A DNA stretch of 64,000 nucleotides from an uncultured Bacteroidota bacterium (GCA_963700635.1 CAVOYH010000003.1:1664001-1728000), one strand, 5' to 3'. Shown: positions 48,372-59,780, counted from the first letter of the stretch. A program made the numbers and translations. Notes: generated from the sequence alone by a model not told the origin.

Positions 48372-49541
48372 ATGCAAAGAATCTACTGTGACCACACGGC
48401 GACCACGCCGTTGGACCGGCGCGTCCTGGAAGCGATGCAGCCATACCTCACCGAGGTCCACGGAAACGCCTCGTCGGCGCACTGGTATGGCCGTCAGGCA
48501 CGCGCTGCGCTGGAGGATGCCCGGGCACGCATTGCGACTGCCCTCGGTGTCTCTCCTGGCGAGCTATTTTTTACGAGCGGTGGGACGGAATCGGACAATC
48601 TTGCCATCGCGGGCGTGTACCGAACCGCTTCACGGCACGGGAGCCGGAGGATTATCACCGAGGCTGCCGAGCACCATGCCGTTCTCGACGCGTGTGAAGC
48701 CCTGCGGGATGAGGGGGCTGACGTTGTGATCGTGCCTGTCGATGCATCCGGCTGTGTGGATCCGGGTCATATTGAACGGGAGTTGACGCCGCAGACTGCC
48801 CTCCTCTCCATCATGCATGCAAACAATGAGGTTGGGACGGTTCAGCCCGTAGAGGAAATTGCAGCACTTGCCCGCCGTGCCGGTGTCCCGTTCCACACCG
48901 ACGCAGTCCAGACTGTCGGCAAGATTCCCGTCGATGTCGGTGCTCTTGGTGCCGACCTCCTCAGCTTCACGGGGCACAAGCTCTACGGTCCCAAGGGAAT
49001 CGGCGTGCTCTTTGCACGGAAGGGAACTGCAGTCGCGCCTCTGTTCCACGGGGGAGGCCAGGAGCGGGGGGTGCGGCCCGGGACGGAGAATGTCGCCCTG
49101 GCCGTTGGATGTGCCGTAGCGGTGGAACTGGCCGTAGCCGGCGTACCGTCGGAGACGAATCGATTGCGGTCGCTGAGGGATACACTTGAAAAGGAACTCC
49201 GTTCTGTGTATCCATCGCTTCTCGTGAATGGAGCCCTGGATCGACGGCTTCCGCATATCCTGAGCGTTTCCTTCGATGCCGCGAGCACGCCCATGGAGGG
49301 CGAGATGCTGGTGACGAACATGGATCTGGAAGGAATCGCTGTCTCCAGCGGCTCGGCGTGCACGTCTGGCAGCATACAACCGTCGCACGTCCTGACGGCC
49401 ATGGGCCGCAACCAGCAGACGGCGAAAGCTACTCTCCGGTTCTCGTTTGGTAAGGGGAACAGCGAAGCCGACATCCCTCAGATTCTCCGGGCGCTGGATC
49501 GCATCCTCCTGAGGATGGGGGTCGGGAGGCAGTGTCCATAG
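48372..49541 (+). CDS. iscS: Cysteine desulfurase (IscS/NifS family)
   Basis: DHTATTP, FTSGGTESDN, HANNEVG, HTDAVQ, GHKLYGPKG, SSGSACTSG...PSHVL. Confidence 0.92.
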   Translation: MQRIYCDHTATTPLDRRVLEAMQPYLTEVHGNASSAHWYGRQARAALEDARARIATALGVSPGELFFTSGGTESDNLAIAGVYRTASRHGSRRIITEAAEHHAVLDACEALRDEGADVVIVPVDASGCVDPGHIERELTPQTALLSIMHANNEVGTVQPVEEIAALARRAGVPFHTDAVQTVGKIPVDVGALGADLLSFTGHKLYGPKGIGVLFARKGTAVAPLFHGGGQERGVRPGTENVALAVGCAVAVELAVAGVPSETNRLRSLRDTLEKELRSVYPSLLVNGALDRRLPHILSVSFDAASTPMEGEMLVTNMDLEGIAVSSGSACTSGSIQPSHVLTAMGRNQQTAKATLRFSFGKGNSEADIPQILRALDRILLRMGVGRQCP

Positions 49542-49553
49542 CCGCCGGCCGGC

Positions 49554-50396
49554 CTAGATCAGGGCCGCCATCGCAATCCAATCGTTTTCCTCGAGAAGTT
49601 CCGCAACTGAGAAGCCCGCGGCGGCAAGTGCGCTCTCCATCGCCTCACGGTCTTCCTTCAGAAGACCGGAAAGAAGAAGGACGCCCTCCCGGTGGAGAGA
49701 GTGTGCGAGTGAAGGGAGCAGGGGGAGCAGGATGCTCTTCTGGATGTTTGCGGCGATGAGATCATACGCGCCGGGGGGAGCAGCGCTCAGATCGCCCTGC
49801 AGGATGGTGACCCTGTCTTCCACTCCGTTCTGGAGCACGTTTTCCCGCGCATTCTCGAATGACCATTCATCGATGTCGATTCCTGTCGCCGCCGACGCTC
49901 CCAGGCGGGCAGCGGCAATGGCGAGAACACCGGTTCCCGTTCCCACATCGAGGACGTGCGCACGTGGACGGAGATGCTTCTCCATCAGCCGGAGAATTAG
50001 CCGCGTGCTTTCATGGTATCCGGTTCCGAACGACATCTTGGGATCGATGGTCAGAACGATATCGTTCCGGTCGGGCGTGAAGGAATGCCACGAGGGTGTG
50101 ATCACAATCCTGGGAGTGACGCGAATGGGACGAATGGTCCGCTCCCATTCCTCGTTCCAGTTCCTGTTTTCAAGAGACCGGACCTGAATTTCGGGCATGG
50201 GTTGGGTGCTGGAACGGATGATGAGGGCGACCGTGGTCCGTATTTCAGCCAGAAGTCCGGGCGACCACCGGTTCTCCGCAATGTATCCCCGCAATACCCC
50301 CTCATCTTCCCAGAACCCTTCGAAGCCCAGCTGTCCAAGCAGTGCAACACACTGTTCCCGCAGGTCTCCGTCTGCCGCGAAGGATACCTCAATCAT
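49554..50396 (-). CDS. prmA: Ribosomal protein L11 methyltransferase
   Basis: NWNEEW, IDPKMSFGTGYHESTRL, VLDVGTGTGVLAIAA..LGA, ANI, LLSGLL. Confidence 0.94.
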   Translation of the reverse strand: MIEVSFAADGDLREQCVALLGQLGFEGFWEDEGVLRGYIAENRWSPGLLAEIRTTVALIIRSSTQPMPEIQVRSLENRNWNEEWERTIRPIRVTPRIVITPSWHSFTPDRNDIVLTIDPKMSFGTGYHESTRLILRLMEKHLRPRAHVLDVGTGTGVLAIAAARLGASAATGIDIDEWSFENARENVLQNGVEDRVTILQGDLSAAPPGAYDLIAANIQKSILLPLLPSLAHSLHREGVLLLSGLLKEDREAMESALAAAGFSVAELLEENDWIAMAALI

Positions 50397-51370
50397 GGAT
50401 TCTGCTTGTACACCACGTTCGTCACGACGGTTCCCACAGCCCCCAGGCTCTCCGCACTGCAGTTCTCTGGTGTATCCTGATGCGTGTGCCAGTACCGGTG
50501 CGTCGGGTCCGGGTAATTGAAATCGATGATGTCGATCGTCTTTATGCCGGCTTCGTTCAGCGGGACGTGATCGTCCAGGATTTCTTCCCCTGGCTCATCC
50601 AGAAACTGCTGGACACCCAGTTCCCGTGCTGTATCCCAGACGAGGGACACGATATCCGGCGCATAGCGGACCGAATGGAGTTCTTTCGGGAGATCAAGGT
50701 ACATATCGCCAACCATGTCCAGCAGAATGCCGAACCGGGGGATATAGTCGGAAGGTTTGTTTTTCGCGAAGTATCGGGAACCGATCAGGTACATCCCGTG
50801 GTCGCTTTCTTTTCCGTAATCCTCTCCATCGAAGAGCACGATGTCGACTCCGATCGAGGGGGGAGCTGAGTGGAGGATGGATGCAAGTTCGAGGAGAATG
50901 GCGACGCCGCTGGCGCCGTCGTTCGCCCCCAGGATGGGGGTGTCCCGAAGCTGCGGCCTTTCATCCCGATCGGCCCGCGGGCGTGTGTCCCAGTGGGCGC
51001 AGAGCAGAATTCGGGCTTTCATTCCGGGCCGGAACGAAGCGATAATGTTGGTCAGAGCGAGACGCTCCCCGCCGTAGCCGGCGGTGGCAAAATCCTCCGC
51101 CCGGACCTCATCCGCAAGCGTGCGGAGAGTGGTGAGGAGGTAGGCCCGACAGGCCGCATGACCTGAAGAATTCGGGTTTCTCGGTCCGAAATCCGTTTGC
51201 TGTTTGAGATAGGCAAACGCACGGTCTCCGCTGAACGCAGGGATGGCGCGAACGGCCTCAGCCACGCTGGTGGTCTCCTGTTGTGGCGGAATGCGGTTGT
51301 GTTTTTCCTGTGCCTGCTGGGAGCAGCCAGTGGCCAGGAAGAGAAGGATCAAACCAGGGATTTTCCACAT
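50393..51370 (-). CDS. M28-family lipoprotein, glutaminyl cyclase-like
   Basis: Lipobox-like LATGC; FGPR.PNS..H, AHWDTRP, GANDGASG, FDGEDYG, LDMVG, DDH.P, YWHT..D. Confidence 0.85.
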   Translation of the reverse strand: MWKIPGLILLFLATGCSQQAQEKHNRIPPQQETTSVAEAVRAIPAFSGDRAFAYLKQQTDFGPRNPNSSGHAACRAYLLTTLRTLADEVRAEDFATAGYGGERLALTNIIASFRPGMKARILLCAHWDTRPRADRDERPQLRDTPILGANDGASGVAILLELASILHSAPPSIGVDIVLFDGEDYGKESDHGMYLIGSRYFAKNKPSDYIPRFGILLDMVGDMYLDLPKELHSVRYAPDIVSLVWDTARELGVQQFLDEPGEEILDDHVPLNEAGIKTIDIIDFNYPDPTHRYWHTHQDTPENCSAESLGAVGTVVTNVVYKQNP

Positions 51371-51440
51371 GCCAGTGTGCCGTTGGGGGAGTGTGAAGTT
51401 TGATTATGGTACCAAAATCAGGTTCGAAATGCAAAAACAG

Positions 51441-51472
51441 GGCGCAACCTTTCATGCGATCCGGCCGTCTAA
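51441..51472 (+). promoter_or_regulatory. Putative ECF-sigma promoter for DUF4097 gene
   Basis: GGCGCAAC-N17-CGTCTAA. Confidence 0.5.
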
Positions 51473-51515
51473 CTAAGTACACACCGATCATTCACGGCAT
51501 CAGGGAGCATGAATT

Positions 51516-52424
51516 ATGTCAGCTCTACGCTCTGTGGGAGTTCTGCTCATCCTTTCTCTTCTTCTTATTCCGGCAACGCAGGCAGGACAGAAGAAGTTTG
51601 AGAAAACATTCCAGGTCAGTCCGGGGGGGACGTTTACCATTGACACCGACATCGGTACGGTCATGGTGACCGGCTCCTCGTCCAATGAAGTCGTGGTTAC
51701 TGCGGTTATGGAAGGAAGGGACCGCGACATCGAGGAGTTTCACATCGACGCCGCACAGACGGCAGGCGGAGTTGAAGTCAAGGCAAAGGGGAAGAAGGAT
51801 TTTTGGAGATTTCTGAGTGGAAGGGATTTCGACGTGCGTTTCACAGTGTCCGTGCCGTCGCGCTACAATCTGAAACTGGAGACCTCCGGTGGCGACGTCG
51901 AAGTCACTGACATCAAGGGAATGGTCCAGGGAGAGACATCCGGCGGTGATATCCGTTTGACGAAAATCGAAGGGAAGACGAAGGTGGAGACTTCCGGTGG
52001 CGACATCCTGATTGACGGCGTCACAGGAGAGTTGCATGCCGAAACTTCGGGTGGCGACGTCACGGTGAAGGGCGTGGTCGGGGACGTGGATGCCGAAACA
52101 TCGGGAGGGAATGTACGAATTGACGCTGTGGACGGGAAGGTGCACGCCGAGACGTCTGGTGGGAACGTGACGGTCCGGGTCGCCGGGCCGAACAAGGGTA
52201 TTCATGCGGAAACGTCCGGTGGCAACATCACGGTGGTGATCGCACGGAACGTCGGGGCCACGATCGACGCGTCGACGAGCGGCGGTGACGTGGAATGCGA
52301 CCTGGCCGTGACTGTCTCGGGCAAAATCAGCGAATCGCGCGTCAAAGGGACAGTGAACGGAGGGGGGAGTCTCATCTATGCCCACACGTCCGGAGGAAAT
52401 GTCCGCATCAAAGCGGTTGAGTAA
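51516..52424 (+). CDS. Exported DUF4097 beta-strand repeat protein
   Basis: Signal peptide; eight (E/S/H)TSGG[DN][VI] repeats, mostly at 19-20 aa spacing. Confidence 0.88.
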   Translation: MSALRSVGVLLILSLLLIPATQAGQKKFEKTFQVSPGGTFTIDTDIGTVMVTGSSSNEVVVTAVMEGRDRDIEEFHIDAAQTAGGVEVKAKGKKDFWRFLSGRDFDVRFTVSVPSRYNLKLETSGGDVEVTDIKGMVQGETSGGDIRLTKIEGKTKVETSGGDILIDGVTGELHAETSGGDVTVKGVVGDVDAETSGGNVRIDAVDGKVHAETSGGNVTVRVAGPNKGIHAETSGGNITVVIARNVGATIDASTSGGDVECDLAVTVSGKISESRVKGTVNGGGSLIYAHTSGGNVRIKAVE

Positions 52425-52455
52425 GCGTCAGAACGTGTTCGGTGCGCATCATGAT

Positions 52456-52483
52456 GCCCGGCCGCCTCACCAGGTGGCCGGGC
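52456..52483 (+). terminator. GC-rich hairpin after DUF4097 gene
   Basis: GCCCGGCCGCCT-cacc-AGGTGGCCGGGC. Confidence 0.5.
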
Positions 52484-52516
52484 GTACTGTTTCCGGGCCG
52501 GCCCTACATATACAGC

Positions 52517-52545
52517 TTGACACCGCCTCGCATCTTTGTTAGCTT
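52517..52545 (+). promoter_or_regulatory. Putative sigma70 promoter
   Basis: TTGACA-17 nt-TAGCTT. Confidence 0.55.
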
Positions 52546-52576
52546 GATATCAGATAGACAGACACGGGAGGAGAAC

Positions 52577-52918
52577 ATGTACTGTCCGAGCTGCAAGGCC
52601 GAATATGTTGAGGGGATCACCGAATGTGCGGATTGCCGCGTTCCACTTGTTGCCGTTCTGCCCCCGGAACCCGACCACAGCGGCGAAGGGTACGTCCGCG
52701 TCCTTTCGACGTACAATGCCGCAGATATCGTTGTTATTCGTTCCATTCTCGACGGGACGGATATTCTCTACTACCTGAAGGGCGAAGAATTCAATGACGT
52801 CAGCCCGCTGATCCAGCCGGCGGATTTGTATGTGTTGCGCAGTCAGGAAAAGTCGGTACGTGAGCTCCTCAAGGATGTCCGTATCCGTTTCACCGGAGTA
52901 TCGGGCCTTGAGGAATAG
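52577..52918 (+). CDS. Zinc-ribbon plus DUF2007-like small protein
   Basis: MYCPSCKAEY.EG...CADC..PLV, then I..IRSILD...I.Y; GGAG RBS. Confidence 0.75.
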   Translation: MYCPSCKAEYVEGITECADCRVPLVAVLPPEPDHSGEGYVRVLSTYNAADIVVIRSILDGTDILYYLKGEEFNDVSPLIQPADLYVLRSQEKSVRELLKDVRIRFTGVSGLEE

Positions 52919-52928
52919 CGATCCGGGG

Positions 52929-53660
52929 ATGAGTATCCTGCGCGTCGTCTGCGCGTTCGCGCTCGTCGGGCTCGTGCACCCCGGATGCCAGGGAGCAGAC
53001 CAGACGCAGGATCACCGGCGCGAGGCCATGGTCCGCGAACAGCTCGAAGCGCGGGGGATCAGCGACCATGCCACGCTCCATGCCATGAGGACGGTTCCCC
53101 GTCATCTTTTTGTCCCTGACGAATTGATGGACCGTGCTTATGATGACGGCCCGCTGCCGATCGGAGGGGGACAGACGATTTCCCAACCGTACATTGTTGC
53201 GGTGATGACGGAGCTTGCATCGCCCGGTCCGGGGAAGCGCGCGCTGGAAATCGGTACGGGGTCGGGGTATCAGGCTGCAGTGCTCGCGGAGACCTTTGAC
53301 AGCGTGTTTACGATCGAAATCGTCTCCTCCCTTGCCCGCAGTGCACGGGAGCGCCTGGCCCGTCTGGGTTTCCACAGTGTGCAGGTGCGTGAAGGTGATG
53401 GGTATGCGGGGTGGCCGGAGTGTGGGCCGTTTGACGCGATTCTCGTGACGGCCGCCGCACCGGAGATCCCCGGCCCACTTCTGGAACAGCTTGCCGAGGG
53501 GGGGCGTCTCATCATGCCGGTGGGATCCCCCTGGTCCATACAAAACCTCGTTGTGGTGGAACGGCGCGAGGGTCGTCTCCACCGCCGCAACGTCTTTCCT
53601 GTCCGCTTTGTCCCGTTCACACGATCTGATTCGACAGCGAAGGTGCCGGAAGTCCGTTAG
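52929..53660 (+). CDS. pcm: Protein-L-isoaspartate O-methyltransferase
   Basis: VPRHLFVP, AY.D.PLPIG.GQTISQPYIVA.M, LEIGTGSGYQAAVLA, GDGY.GWPE.GPFDAI.VTAA, VRFVP. Confidence 0.94.
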   Translation: MSILRVVCAFALVGLVHPGCQGADQTQDHRREAMVREQLEARGISDHATLHAMRTVPRHLFVPDELMDRAYDDGPLPIGGGQTISQPYIVAVMTELASPGPGKRALEIGTGSGYQAAVLAETFDSVFTIEIVSSLARSARERLARLGFHSVQVREGDGYAGWPECGPFDAILVTAAAPEIPGPLLEQLAEGGRLIMPVGSPWSIQNLVVVERREGRLHRRNVFPVRFVPFTRSDSTAKVPEVR

Positions 53661-53754
53661 GTTCGCTCCGAGCGACCGGCGCCACGGCGCCCCTCGATGC
53701 TCTCAGTGCGGTCCGGATGGGGCGCGCATTCTGTTCATACTGTCGGGACGTTGC

Positions 53755-55218
53755 CTAGAGGTCGCTTCTCCGCATCGATGCCAGGATCGTGCCAATGGAG
53801 TCCTGCACGGAGCGATAGGGTCGTGTGGTCCCTGGGGAATTCTGCATGAGAATCGAGAACGCCAGCCATTCGCCGTCCGCCGTACGGACGTAGCCTGAGA
53901 GAGCTGTCACCCCGCTCAACGTCCCTGTCTTGGCGCGAAGATTACCTTCTGCGGTAGTTCCCCGCATGCGTCCCCCGATGGTGCCGTCAACGCCGGCGAT
54001 CGGAAGTGCGTGGTACAGCAGGGGGAAGGCGACGGAATCCCGCTCGACGGCTTCAAGGAGCCGAACAACGGCCGCGGGCGACGTCAGATTGTAGCGTGAT
54101 AACCCAGAACCGTCGGCGATGGAAACGGACGCGGTGTCGATACCGTATTCCGTGAGCATTGCATGCACAAGTCCCCTCCCAAGAGCTGCGCTGCCCGGCA
54201 CCGCATAGGTCCGCGCGGCGACGGTCTTCAGGACGTTCTCCGCAGAGAGGTTATCGCTGACCTTGTTCAGGAAGGTCAGGACCGTATCAATCCCATGGGA
54301 AAAAGTCACCAGCGGGATGCTGGAGGCGGTCGTCGAATCGATCCGGATGGTGTCCACCGCGACGCCGTAGCTACGCAACCGTTCGGCGAAGACTGTTCCT
54401 GCATACAGTTCCGGCCGCCAGAGACTGAGGGTTTCCCGCCGTCTCCGTGAGCCGCGCGCGATCTGGCCTTCGACGGTAATCGTGTTTGACCGCTCGCGCC
54501 ACCTGCGGGAGATCGCGAGCGGAAGTGCCGCTGAATCCTCGACCGTCACGGCTGCGTTTTCCACCGTACAGTAGGCTGTCGGCGGATCGAGCAGGACCGT
54601 CGGAGCTTCGCCGGCGTTCAGGGCGGGAAGGACGGTGACCGTGATGGTGTTGTTGTTGAGGACGAGGGGGGAAAGAAACATCCCGTAGGCAGCGGGCTCT
54701 TCGTCCCAGGTCCACCCCGCACCCCAGTACAGGTCGTCGAAAAACCGTACATCGATTCCCAGCGTCCACGGTGAGCCGGGAGGGAGGCGGCGGACGCAAT
54801 CACGCGCCATCGAATCAAGGTCGGCGGTCGACAGCAGAGGGTCGCCGTAGCCCGCGAGGACGAGGCGGTGCGCGCCGGTATCCGCCCACACAATCGTCGG
54901 AAACTGCGCAGAGGGGCCGAGAGTGTGAAGAGCCGTGACAGAGGTGAAGAGTTTCTGGTTCGATGCGGGATTGAACAGCATATGCTCGTTCAGGGCGTAC
55001 AGGGTCTGCCTGTGCGTCAGAGAGAATACCTTGACACCGAGATTCGAGGGGGGGAAAAGGGAGTCCGGGATGGCGGCATCGATCCGGGCTTTGAGCGATG
55101 GCAGCGGTGAAACACTCAAAGTGGTAATGGGGGGTGGATGTTCCACCAGCGTTGAGCGCGTTGCAGCGCAGCCTGCGAGGAGCATCCCGCCGAGCATGAG
55201 TGTGAGAATACGAAGCAT
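53755..55218 (-). CDS. dacB: D-alanyl-D-alanine carboxypeptidase/endopeptidase (PBP4, S13), lipoprotein
   Basis: LAGC lipobox, PASNQKL, GDP.L, SDN, DGSGLSRYN, AKTGTL. Confidence 0.93.
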   Translation of the reverse strand: MLRILTLMLGGMLLAGCAATRSTLVEHPPPITTLSVSPLPSLKARIDAAIPDSLFPPSNLGVKVFSLTHRQTLYALNEHMLFNPASNQKLFTSVTALHTLGPSAQFPTIVWADTGAHRLVLAGYGDPLLSTADLDSMARDCVRRLPPGSPWTLGIDVRFFDDLYWGAGWTWDEEPAAYGMFLSPLVLNNNTITVTVLPALNAGEAPTVLLDPPTAYCTVENAAVTVEDSAALPLAISRRWRERSNTITVEGQIARGSRRRRETLSLWRPELYAGTVFAERLRSYGVAVDTIRIDSTTASSIPLVTFSHGIDTVLTFLNKVSDNLSAENVLKTVAARTYAVPGSAALGRGLVHAMLTEYGIDTASVSIADGSGLSRYNLTSPAAVVRLLEAVERDSVAFPLLYHALPIAGVDGTIGGRMRGTTAEGNLRAKTGTLSGVTALSGYVRTADGEWLAFSILMQNSPGTTRPYRSVQDSIGTILASMRRSDL

Positions 55219-55288
55219 AGGATCCTCAGGTGAGCATACGGTGATGTACCCCTGAAAATCTATCAACTTTTTGGGGAAATGCAACTCG

Positions 55289-55317
55289 TTGCTTGGCAGG
55301 TGGATTGTGGTTATATT
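55289..55317 (+). promoter_or_regulatory. Putative sigma70 promoter for secA
   Basis: TTGCTT-17 nt-TATATT. Confidence 0.55.
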
Positions 55318-55350
55318 ATTAATCTACGATCATAAGGGTGGTGAGGTACA

Positions 55351-58300
55351 ATGCTGGCAATGATGAGGAAAATGTTCGGGAGCAAACACGAAAAAGACGT
55401 GAAAGCGCTCCTGCCCGTCGTGGCGAAGATCAACGAGCACTTTGAAGCGTATGCGGCGCTTTCCGATGAGCAGCTCCGAGCCAAAACAGACGAGTTCCGT
55501 GGACGGATTGCCGAGGCAATCCGGGAGCATGAAGAGCATATCGCGGCACTCCGGAAGGAACTGCAGGAAAACCTCGAAGCCGGAGGGCGTGAGCGTCTTC
55601 TCGATGAAATTGCCGAAGAGGAAAAAGACCGTGATGCGCTGATCGGCGAGGTGCTCGACGAGATCCTGCCCGAGGCATTCGCAGCGGTCAAAGATGCCTG
55701 CCGGCGTATGAAAGAGCGACAGTGGGCGTTCGACCTTATGGGCAGTCCGGCCATCTGGGATATGGTCCCGTTCGATGTGCAGCTCGTGGGAGGGGTTGTC
55801 CTGCACAGGGGAAAGATCGCCGAAATGGCCACCGGTGAAGGGAAGACTCTCGTCGCGACCATGCCTATCTATCTGAATGCGCTCCCCGGGAGGGGCGTGC
55901 ATCTGGTCACGGTGAACGACTACCTTGCCAAACGTGACAGCATCTGGATGGGCCAGGTCTACGCCTTCCTTGGCCTCACCGTGGGGTGTATTCAGAATAC
56001 GATGGACTCGGCCCAGCGACGCCGGGAGTACGCCTGCGACATCACCTACGGCACCAACAACGAATTCGGGTTCGACTATCTTCGCGACAACATGGTGGTG
56101 GACAAGATCGATCTCGTGGAACGCGAGCATTACTACGCGATCGTCGATGAGGTCGACTCCGTTCTCATCGACGAAGCCCGGACCCCGCTGATCATCAGCG
56201 GTCCGACCAAGAGCGAAGACCACAAGTTCAACGAGATGAGACCCCCCGTGGAACGCCTCGTCGGCGCCCAGAAGGCATTTGTCTCAAAGATCGTTGCAGA
56301 AGCCGAAAAGAATCTTGAGGGCGGCAACGATGCCGATGCGGGTGTACAGTTACTCAGGGCCTTCCGCGGCCTTCCCAAGCACCCCCGGCTGATGAAGATG
56401 CTCAGCGAACCATCGAACAAAAAGCTGCTCCTGCACACGGAGAGTGAATACCTTCGCGATCAATCCCGCCGCATGCATGAGATTGACGACGAACTGCTCT
56501 ACGCGATCGATGAAAAGAACCATCAGATCAATCTGACAGACAAAGGCCGGTCGTACCTGACGCCGATGGTCGGCGACAAGGACTTCTTCGTCCTTCCTGA
56601 CCTGGGGACCGAATTCAGCGTGCTCGAGGGTTCGACGGACCATACGCCCGAGCAGATACGGCAGAAAAAAGACGAGCTCAATCTGCTGTACTCAGAGCGG
56701 AGCGACCGTATCCACACGGTGACCCAATTGCTGCGGGCCTATTCGCTGTACGAGAAAGACGACGAGTATGTCGTGAGCGACGACGGCAAGGTGATGATCG
56801 TCGATGAATTCACGGGCCGTCTTCTCCCGGGGAGGCGCTACTCGGACGGGCTCCATCAGGCGATCGAGGCGAAAGAAGGCGTGAAAGTCGAGCGCGACAT
56901 GCAGACGCTCGCAACAATCACGCTGCAGAACTACTTCCGGTTATACAAGAAGCTCGCGGGGATGACCGGCACGGCCGAGACCGAAGCCGGGGAATTTTTC
57001 GATATCTACAAGCTGGACGTTGTGGTCGTTCCGACCAACAAACCGATGGTCCGAAGCGACATGGACGATTTCGTCTACAAGACCAAGCGGGAGAAGTACA
57101 ACGCCCTTGTGGAAGAGATCGAGCGCATGCGCAACCTCGGGCGCCCGGTACTCGTCGGCACCACCAGCGTTGAAGTTTCCGAGACGATCAGCCGGATGCT
57201 CAAGCGAAAGAACTTCACGCACAATGTCCTGAACGCCAAGCACCATCAGCGCGAAGCAGAGATCGTTGCCCACGCGGGCTTGCCGGGAGTCGTTACGATT
57301 GCCACCAATATGGCAGGTCGCGGCACGGACATCAAACTGGGCCCCGGCGTGCGCGAGGCCGGCGGCCTGCACATCATCGGGACGGAACGGCACGAAGCGC
57401 GGCGCATCGATCGTCAGCTCCGCGGCCGCGCGGGCCGGCAGGGTGATCCTGGATCGTCTCAGTTCTTCCTCTCACTGGAAGACGACCTGATGCGCCTCTT
57501 CGGCAGCGACCGTATCGCCGGCATCATGGAACGGATGGGGCTGAAAGAAGGCGAAGTCATCCAGCACAGGATGATTACCCGCTCCGTCGAACGCGCCCAG
57601 AAAAAAGTCGAGGAAAACAACTTCGGGATCCGTAAACGGCTGCTCGAGTATGACAACGTGATGAACCAGCAGCGGGAGGTTATCTACACCCGCCGGCGCA
57701 AAGCCCTCGTCGCAGACCGCATCAAAGACGACATTCTGGATCTTGTCGAAGAGCACGCACAGAAGCTCGTGGACAAGTACTATGAGGATGGCGAGATTCA
57801 GGGGTTGCAGGATGAACTCCGGGTCGATCTGCTCGTGGACTTGTCCGTGCCGGCCGACCGCTGGCAGGAAATCGGTCCGGATGGCGTCCGGCAGGAAATC
57901 GTGAAGGCTGCCATCGAGTTCTACCATCGAAAAGAAGAAAAACTGGGTATTCCCATGATGGCCCAGATCGAGAAGATGGTGGTGCTCCAGGTGATCGATG
58001 AAAAATGGAAAGACCATCTGCGGGAGATGGATGATCTCAAGGAAGGGATCCACCTCCGGGCGTATGGCCAGAAGGACCCTCTGGTGGAGTACAAGACCGA
58101 GGCGTTCCAGATGTTCATGACCCTGCTCGATCAGATCAGTGTGGAAGCCGTCACGACGGTCTTCCGTCTGTTCCCCGCTCCGTCGCAGCAATTGCCTATC
58201 CGCGGGCCGCGCCGGCAGCAGCAGATGCAGGTGACCCACGATGCGGCGGACGGCATGGGGTACCAGGCCAATCGCGAGCCGGTCGCAGGAGACGGCTCAG

Positions 58301-58431
58301 GATCCCGGTCGTCCGACCATCCTTCCAGAGCAGGGAAACCACAGCCGGTCCACGTCGGGGAAAAAGTTGGACGGAACGACCCGTGCCCGTGCGGCAGCGG
58401 GAAGAAATACAAACAGTGTCATGGGCGATAG
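55351..58431 (+). CDS. secA: Preprotein translocase subunit SecA
   Basis: [78 protein letters not shown]. Confidence 0.97.
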   Translation: MLAMMRKMFGSKHEKDVKALLPVVAKINEHFEAYAALSDEQLRAKTDEFRGRIAEAIREHEEHIAALRKELQENLEAGGRERLLDEIAEEEKDRDALIGEVLDEILPEAFAAVKDACRRMKERQWAFDLMGSPAIWDMVPFDVQLVGGVVLHRGKIAEMATGEGKTLVATMPIYLNALPGRGVHLVTVNDYLAKRDSIWMGQVYAFLGLTVGCIQNTMDSAQRRREYACDITYGTNNEFGFDYLRDNMVVDKIDLVEREHYYAIVDEVDSVLIDEARTPLIISGPTKSEDHKFNEMRPPVERLVGAQKAFVSKIVAEAEKNLEGGNDADAGVQLLRAFRGLPKHPRLMKMLSEPSNKKLLLHTESEYLRDQSRRMHEIDDELLYAIDEKNHQINLTDKGRSYLTPMVGDKDFFVLPDLGTEFSVLEGSTDHTPEQIRQKKDELNLLYSERSDRIHTVTQLLRAYSLYEKDDEYVVSDDGKVMIVDEFTGRLLPGRRYSDGLHQAIEAKEGVKVERDMQTLATITLQNYFRLYKKLAGMTGTAETEAGEFFDIYKLDVVVVPTNKPMVRSDMDDFVYKTKREKYNALVEEIERMRNLGRPVLVGTTSVEVSETISRMLKRKNFTHNVLNAKHHQREAEIVAHAGLPGVVTIATNMAGRGTDIKLGPGVREAGGLHIIGTERHEARRIDRQLRGRAGRQGDPGSSQFFLSLEDDLMRLFGSDRIAGIMERMGLKEGEVIQHRMITRSVERAQKKVEENNFGIRKRLLEYDNVMNQQREVIYTRRRKALVADRIKDDILDLVEEHAQKLVDKYYEDGEIQGLQDELRVDLLVDLSVPADRWQEIGPDGVRQEIVKAAIEFYHRKEEKLGIPMMAQIEKMVVLQVIDEKWKDHLREMDDLKEGIHLRAYGQKDPLVEYKTEAFQMFMTLLDQISVEAVTTVFRLFPAPSQQLPIRGPRRQQQMQVTHDAADGMGYQANREPVAGDGSGSRSSDHPSRAGKPQPVHVGEKVGRNDPCPCGSGKKYKQCHGR

Positions 58432-58827
<396 letters not shown>

Positions 58828-58844
58828 CGCCCCGCCAGCTCACT

Positions 58845-59753
58845 ATGGAGGAACAGCAGGTCTTTCGCGCAGGCTACGTCACGCTCATGGGGGAGCCGAA
58901 CGTCGGAAAATCGACTCTCATGAACGGCGTTCTCAAGCAGAAGATCTCCATCGTCAGCAACAAACCCCAGACCACGCGACACCGTATCCTCGGGATCCTT
59001 TCGGAACAGGCGTATCAGGTCATCTTCCTGGATACCCCCGGCATCATCAAGCCGCGCTATTTGTTGCAGGAAGTGATGATGCAATTTGCCACCCGCGCGT
59101 TTGCCGATGCCGACATCCTGTTGTTCATGATCGATGCCACGCAACCCGGCATGGATGGGGATCTCGCGCATGCCGAGGCATTCCGCCATCTCCAGTCGCT
59201 CCACAAGCCGGTGTTCCTTGTCATCAACAAGATCGATCTCGTACCCCGTCCGGCGCTGCTGCCGGTGATACAATTCTACGCAGATGCTTTTCGATTCCTC
59301 GAAGTGTTTCCCGTTTCCGCGCTCACCGGAGAAGGGACCGACGATCTTCTGAAGGCTCTCGTCCCGCTTCTCCCGGTCCATGCTCCCTTCTATCCGCCCG
59401 ATATCGTAAGCGAACACAGTGAACGCTTCTTTGTTTCGGAGATCGTCCGGGAAAAAATCTTTCAGACCTGCCACGAAGAAGTGCCGTATGCGACAACAGT
59501 CGAGGTCATAGAATTCAAGGAGCGGGCATCCGGGAAGTGGTATGTTTCCGCGGATATCACCGTGGAACGGGATTCGCAGAAGGGGATCCTGATCGGAAAG
59601 AAGGGGGCAATGCTGAAAGAAATCGGACTGCGGGCACGCAGGGATGTGGAGACGTTTCTCGGGCACGGGGTGTTCCTTGAGCTCCACGTGAAAGTGCGGG
59701 AGAAGTGGCGCGAAAAAGAAGAGTGGTTGAAGAGGCTGGGATATGGGGAGTAA
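58845..59753 (+). CDS. era: GTPase Era
   Basis: GEPNVGKSTL, KPQTTR, DTPG, NKID, EEVPY, SQKGILIGKKG KH domain. Confidence 0.96.
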   Translation: MEEQQVFRAGYVTLMGEPNVGKSTLMNGVLKQKISIVSNKPQTTRHRILGILSEQAYQVIFLDTPGIIKPRYLLQEVMMQFATRAFADADILLFMIDATQPGMDGDLAHAEAFRHLQSLHKPVFLVINKIDLVPRPALLPVIQFYADAFRFLEVFPVSALTGEGTDDLLKALVPLLPVHAPFYPPDIVSEHSERFFVSEIVREKIFQTCHEEVPYATTVEVIEFKERASGKWYVSADITVERDSQKGILIGKKGAMLKEIGLRARRDVETFLGHGVFLELHVKVREKWREKEEWLKRLGYGE

Positions 59754-59780
59754 TAAAGAGGGAGACACGCTTCACGTCGA

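Noticed and set aside
51879-52400. Periodic DNA repeats at about 57-60 bp that could be taken for a CRISPR array
   Set aside because: They are degenerate in-frame codons of ETSGG protein repeats; no identical repeats, unique spacers or cas genes.
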